This document shows positions 9,610-14,261 of a DNA stretch of 14,261 bases, one piece after another (positions within the stretch are counted from its first letter, which is position 1; each line of letters opens with the position of its first letter). Source of the DNA: Octopus sinensis (lineage: Eukaryota); contig NW_021825990.1 of NCBI RefSeq assembly GCF_006345805.1, positions 1 to 14,261 on the forward strand, read 5' to 3'. Under the pieces are notes generated by a model. That model had not been told where the DNA came from. It ran no database searches and worked only from the letters and a program-made list of their open reading frames with translations. The translations under genes and the position numbers were made by a program.

Positions 9610-9610
9610 T
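9316..9610. repeat. (ATC)n(ATT)n, spacer, (AAC/AAT)n microsatellites in inverted arrangement
   Basis: Direct reading; source of the poly-I/poly-N ORF 9241-9621. Confidence 0.95.
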
Positions 9611-9741
9611 TTGAAATATAATTTCAACTTTGCCGGCGAATTATAATAATCCTTTTATCTATCTAAGTGCCAAAGAGTTGCACACGATTTCTTACTTAAA
9701 ATATATATGGTTTATAAATCTCTTTGAAATACATTGACTAT

Positions 9742-9903
9742 GAGGAGTAGGAAGAGAACGAAGGAGAAGAGGAAGGAGGAGAAGAAGAAGAAGAAGAAGA
9801 AATAGAAGAAGGAGGAGGAGAAGAAGAAAAGAAGAAGAAGAAGAAGAGAAGAAGAAGAAGAAGAAGAAGAAGAAGAAGAAGAAGAAGGAGGAGGAGGAGG
9901 AGA
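9742..9903. repeat. (GAA)n/(GGA)n polypurine microsatellite
   Basis: Direct reading. Confidence 0.95.
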
Positions 9904-10297
9904 TAAAAGCCGACTTATTTATTATCCATGCGTGTTATGACTATGTAACCACACATATAATTCTTTCAATAATATCAAGGACTCGTGAATTGCAGGAATA
10001 GACAACTATAGAAATGGACTAGTTTTAAATACGATATTGGATACGTAGGTAGTCCATTATTAAAACGGTGTAAACTCCAATCGATAAATCAAGAATGGGT
10101 GACTGAAAACATTTATTGAGCTTAAACTTTTTCAAATATATGAAACGGAGCTGGACAGAGGAGCTGTAAGGACACAATGGAGTTTAATGCGTATCAAACA
10201 ACGCTGGTTTGATATGATTGAACTTTGAAAAGGAGAGATTTGAATTTACTCACTAAATGTTGCTGAGAGTCATTGAGAAAATAGACATAAATGCTTG

Positions 10298-10684
10298 CAC
10301 ACGCACACACACACATACACACACGCACGCGCGCACACACACACACATATACACACGCACGTGCATACACACATACAGGCATTAATGCATGAATCCATAC
10401 ATGAATTTATATGCATATGTATATGTACATATGTACATTCACATATACATATATCAATGAATCTATATCTATATTTATATATATGCATGCATACGCAAAC
10501 ACACACACGCACGCGTGCACACACACACACGTGTGCATGTATATATATATATATGTATGTGTGTATGTACGTATAAATACATGTGTGGGGGGGTATCCTG
10601 AGTAATAAAAAGCAGAATAACGTGAATTTATATATCTCAACTCGGGACATATATAATCTATGTGTGTATGAGTGTGTGTATATG

Positions 10685-10737
<53 letters not shown>

Positions 10738-10943
10738 ATGTAGGTATATATGTATATATATATGTATATATATATATGGATGTATATATGTGTGTGTATA
10801 TATATGTATGTATGTATGTATATGTATATATATATACATATATATCTATATATATATGTATGCATATATATGTATGTATATATATATATGTATATATTTA
10901 TATATATATATATGTATATTTATGTATGTATATATATGTGTGT

Positions 10944-10975
<32 letters not shown>

Positions 10976-11025
10976 TTGCATATATATAAATACACACCAC
11001 ACACACACATATATGCACATCTAAT
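10298..11025. repeat. Large alternating purine-pyrimidine field of (CA)n/(TA)n/(TG)n
   Basis: Direct reading; source of the overlapping YI/HT/CV ORFs. Confidence 0.93.
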
Positions 11026-11397
11026 TACACATACGTAGACATATATGATATGTTTCGTCGTTTCTTTCCCTTTTCTTTCTTTTCTTTCCTTTCTCTCCCT
11101 TCTCTTCCTTTTGGCCTACATGTCTGCTGAATTTTATACTTAATCTACTTTCTGACCTTTCCTGCTACAAATAACATAAAAATTTCTTTTCATTGGAATA
11201 CATACAACAAACGTAAAACACCGCCTGCCCCTCTACGCGTATTCTGACGAGATCTTTCACTGGTTTTCCGAAAATGAATAGCAAAGCGTAGAACCTCCTT
11301 CAACAGTTGAATAAGCCATTAAACAAAACTTGGAGTGCAGTAGACAGGAATTTACAATACATTCTCTCATATTTATGCTTATATGTTGCCTTTGCAC

Positions 11398-11450
11398 CCT
11401 TAAAAATAACAGCAAAATCGCCCTCAATTTATATTTGCCGTCTTAAAGTA
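11398..11450 (+). repeat. Short dispersed repeat fragment, copy 1
   Basis: gcaaaatcgccctcaatttatatttgccgtcttaaa resembles gctaaaccgccctcaaattatattttccattttaaa at ~11926-11962. Confidence 0.6.
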
Positions 11451-11461
11451 TAAAGTTTAAA

Positions 11462-11678
11462 CTTTCATTTGTAATTGTCTGAGTCTTTGGGCTGCGGCCA
11501 AGTTGGGGCACCCTTTGTAATGCTTAATCGCACAAATCGTCTCAAGTACTGATTTTTTTAAAAGTATAGACTTAAGTCAATTGGATCCATTAGAAATGTC
11601 TATTGGAAAAGTAAATAAACCAACATGGATTATTAAGTGGTGAAGGGACAAACATTTTACAATATCACACACACACAC

Positions 11679-11715
<37 letters not shown>

Positions 11716-11888
11716 GACACACTCACACATACATTTATAAACATATAGTCGGCTTCCACACAAGTTTCATGTACCAAACTCACATACAAGGCATTGGTCG
11801 GGCCAAGAATATACTTGACCAAGGTGCTTCTCAGTTTTACTAAATCGAAAACTATGTAGTTGCTGCGGGCGCTTCTTACCCACAGATG
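11462..11888 (-). mobile_element. SINE family B, old near-full-length copy with internal (CA)n
   Basis: ctgcggcc, gggacaaaca, (CA)n, acaaggcattggtcgg, cttgaccaaggtgc and cttacc are the reverse complement, in order, of motifs in 4492-4917. Confidence 0.82.
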
Positions 11889-11910
11889 TATAATTACATC
11901 TTTTTACAGC

Positions 11911-11965
11911 TGCTAAAGACAATTGCTAAACCGCCCTCAAATTATATTTTTCCATTTTAAAAATA
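11911..11965 (+). repeat. Short dispersed repeat fragment, copy 2
   Basis: See 11398-11450. Confidence 0.6.
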
Positions 11966-12789
11966 CAAGTGAAACATACAGCGTATGTTCGTGAGTGAAC
12001 GAGGCCTTGAGAATAGCAGACATAATTACAACTTGAATGAACCTGATCCTATCTCGGCCTGATGTGGAGACTCCTGGAAAGAGGTGATTGAATGCAGCTG
12101 CTTGGTCACTAACTGTTTTGCATGGATGACTGGACTTTCAGATTGTTTTCGCGATTGGGCGTTTTGGCATTGGAGGCAAGCACATACAAACACACACACA
12201 CACATGCAGATCCACGTGCAGAAGTATACTCCTATAGATAAAGACAAAGAGGAAACGGGAGAGAGAAAGGGGGTGCGAGAAAGAAAGCTGAGACGGCGAG
12301 ATATGAATATGTCTGCTGGTAAATAAATCAGCGACGAATCAACAATGCCAAGGAGGCGGCGCCAGAACGTCTCATGCTCGATTTTTCTCTGATATTGAAA
12401 AGCAACAATAACAATAAAAAATAGCACATGTTCAAGAACAAAAGGAAACGGCTTTAGACAATGAACAATATTAAGATACGTTATATCTTAATTTCAGATT
12501 CTGTTTTAGTAAATTTTAATTTTGTCTCAAACTATATCTGGATTATTCAAATTTAAACAACCATTGTTATCTAATATGTTTCTGGAATATAAATATTTAA
12601 TTTAATATGCATTAGTCTTTGTTGATGACCAACTCAGAATTCTTTAAGAACGTAATTAATTTTCATCTAATTATTATAAAACGAAAATCATCGTCTTTAG
12701 TTATTTATATCACATGTTTCATACTTCCATCGTTGGTTTCTAATTAAGTTTTAACCCAGCAAACGAAGCGGTGTCGGTGGCAGCGAGTC

Positions 12790-13003
12790 TTGCATTTTTC
12801 CAGAGCGCCTAACTAATAGACTATGTTTGCTGTTGGCTCACCTGACTGTGTCGTTTTTTTTGTTTTTCTTTTAGTGCAATTTTGAACCATATACGTATAA
12901 TACACGACCAGAAAAAGTAGCACAGGATCGAAACGTCGAAGAATCTCCCATCTTTCCTTGGCATCTCACATTTGATTTCTTCTTGTACAATTTTGAACTA
13001 TAC
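12790..13003 (+). repeat. Two decayed tandem units of a probable Penelope-like/retrozyme terminal repeat
   Basis: Both end in a T-rich tract plus caattttgaacYata (12877-12891, 12988-13002); the second contains tcGAAACGTC; family assignment is from memory. Confidence 0.4.
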
Positions 13004-13011
13004 TCAGACTG

Positions 13012-13075
13012 ATATATGTTTATGTATGTATGTATGCATGCATGTATGTATGTATGTATGTGGTATGTATGTATG

Positions 13076-13106
<31 letters not shown>

Positions 13107-13397
13107 GTATGTATGTATGTATGGATGGATGGATGGATGGATGGATGGATGTACATATGTATGCATACATATATATATTTATATGTATATATATATATAT
13201 AAATATGTATACACATATATATATATGCACACACGAACATACATACATATATACTTATATATATTTATATATATACACACACATGCATACATATACCAAT
13301 ATATATGTATACTTATACATACGTACACATATATATATATATGTATATACATATGTATGTATATATACATATATATATGCATGCAGACATACACACA

Positions 13398-13441
<44 letters not shown>

Positions 13442-13460
13442 TGCATACATTATTACATAT
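13012..13460. repeat. (TATG)n, (GATG)n and (TA)n compound microsatellite
   Basis: Direct reading. Confidence 0.95.
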
Positions 13461-13629
13461 ATGTATGCTCTATTTCTAGCAGAATATATGTCTTCCGATA
13501 TATCTTTAGCTTTTATTTATGTTTAACTATATATATACAATATAAATATTTGTTGTACACTAGAAACACTTCAGAAATGAAAACAAAAACAAAAAATAAC
13601 AACAGTTTTTTATTCGATGGAAATTTCTA

Positions 13630-13793
13630 GGCGTAGGAGTGGTTGTGCTGTAAGTAGCTTGCTCATGAACCACCTGGTTCCGAGTTCAGTCACACTGCGT
13701 GGTAACTTGAACAGGTGATTTCTATAATCTCGGACCGACCAAAGCCTTGTGAGTGGATTGGGCAGACGGAAACTGAAAGAAGCCTGTCATATA

Positions 13794-13829
<36 letters not shown>

Positions 13830-14092
13830 AATACATACATACATATATATATATGTGTGTGTGTGTATGTCTGTGTGTCTGTGTTTATCCCCCCCCCAAC
13901 ATCGCTTGACAACCGATGCTGGTGTGTTTACGTCCCCGAAGCTTAGCGATTCGGCAAAAGACACCGATGGAATAAGTACTAGGCTTACAAAGAATAAGTC
14001 CTGGGGCCGATTTACTCGACAAAATGCGGTGCTCCAGCTTGGCCACAGTCACATGACTGAAACAAATAAATGAGTAAAGAGTAAAGAGTAAA
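13630..14092 (+). mobile_element. tRNA-derived SINE, family B, full-length, with (GAGTAAA)3 tail
   Basis: Collinear with 4492-4917; B box gagttcagtc; internal (TA)n(TG)n; 7-mer tail at 14072-14092; ctag on both sides may be a short TSD. Confidence 0.92.
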
Positions 14093-14261
14093 GCCTAGAT
14101 ATCAGTGGAACTGTTCATGTAATGACAAAAAATTCGTATTAAAAAACAAAGAAAGACGTTGAGCAACACTCAACTTCAGTTAAGTCGTACTTACTAAGAA
14201 CTGTAATGGTATTTCGCTAGTCGTACTCACACAGTCTATCGCGATTTCCCTCGTATAATCA

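Noticed and set aside
9241-9621. Poly-I/poly-N membrane-like ORF
   Set aside because: Microsatellite translation
10194-11024. Stack of overlapping ORFs (also at 2369-2672, 3334-3893, 13004-13526)
   Set aside because: Stop-free dinucleotide and tetranucleotide repeats
11240-11280. SECIS element
   Set aside because: No RUGA/GA quartet with an apical AA loop at the correct spacing; no selenoprotein context
12837-13010. Strong plus-strand acceptor (ttttcttttag at 12874) with a 45-codon terminal frame, and an overlapping minus-strand donor cag|gtgagc
   Set aside because: Lies within a duplicated T-rich repeat unit; no partner exon found

Overview
AT-rich eukaryotic, non-microbial DNA. The repeat families match, from memory, the abundant SINEs of coleoid cephalopods, most likely Octopus; this is inference, not a database hit. 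About half the window is repeats: at least 11 tRNA-derived SINE copies in four families (A x5, B x4, C x1, D x1), two 3'-end Tc1/mariner fossils from different subfamilies, a 17-bp minisatellite, possible decayed Penelope/retrozyme hammerhead remnants, and many microsatellites. Nearly all ORFs in the track are microsatellite or SINE translations. No complete protein-coding gene is recognisable. Several unique islands carry minus-strand splice signals and may be exons of an unrecognised coding or non-coding transcript, including a possible 9-nt microexon; this is speculative. I found no convincing novel biological system. The best leads are the exon chain, the hammerhead-like remnants and SINE module shuffling.
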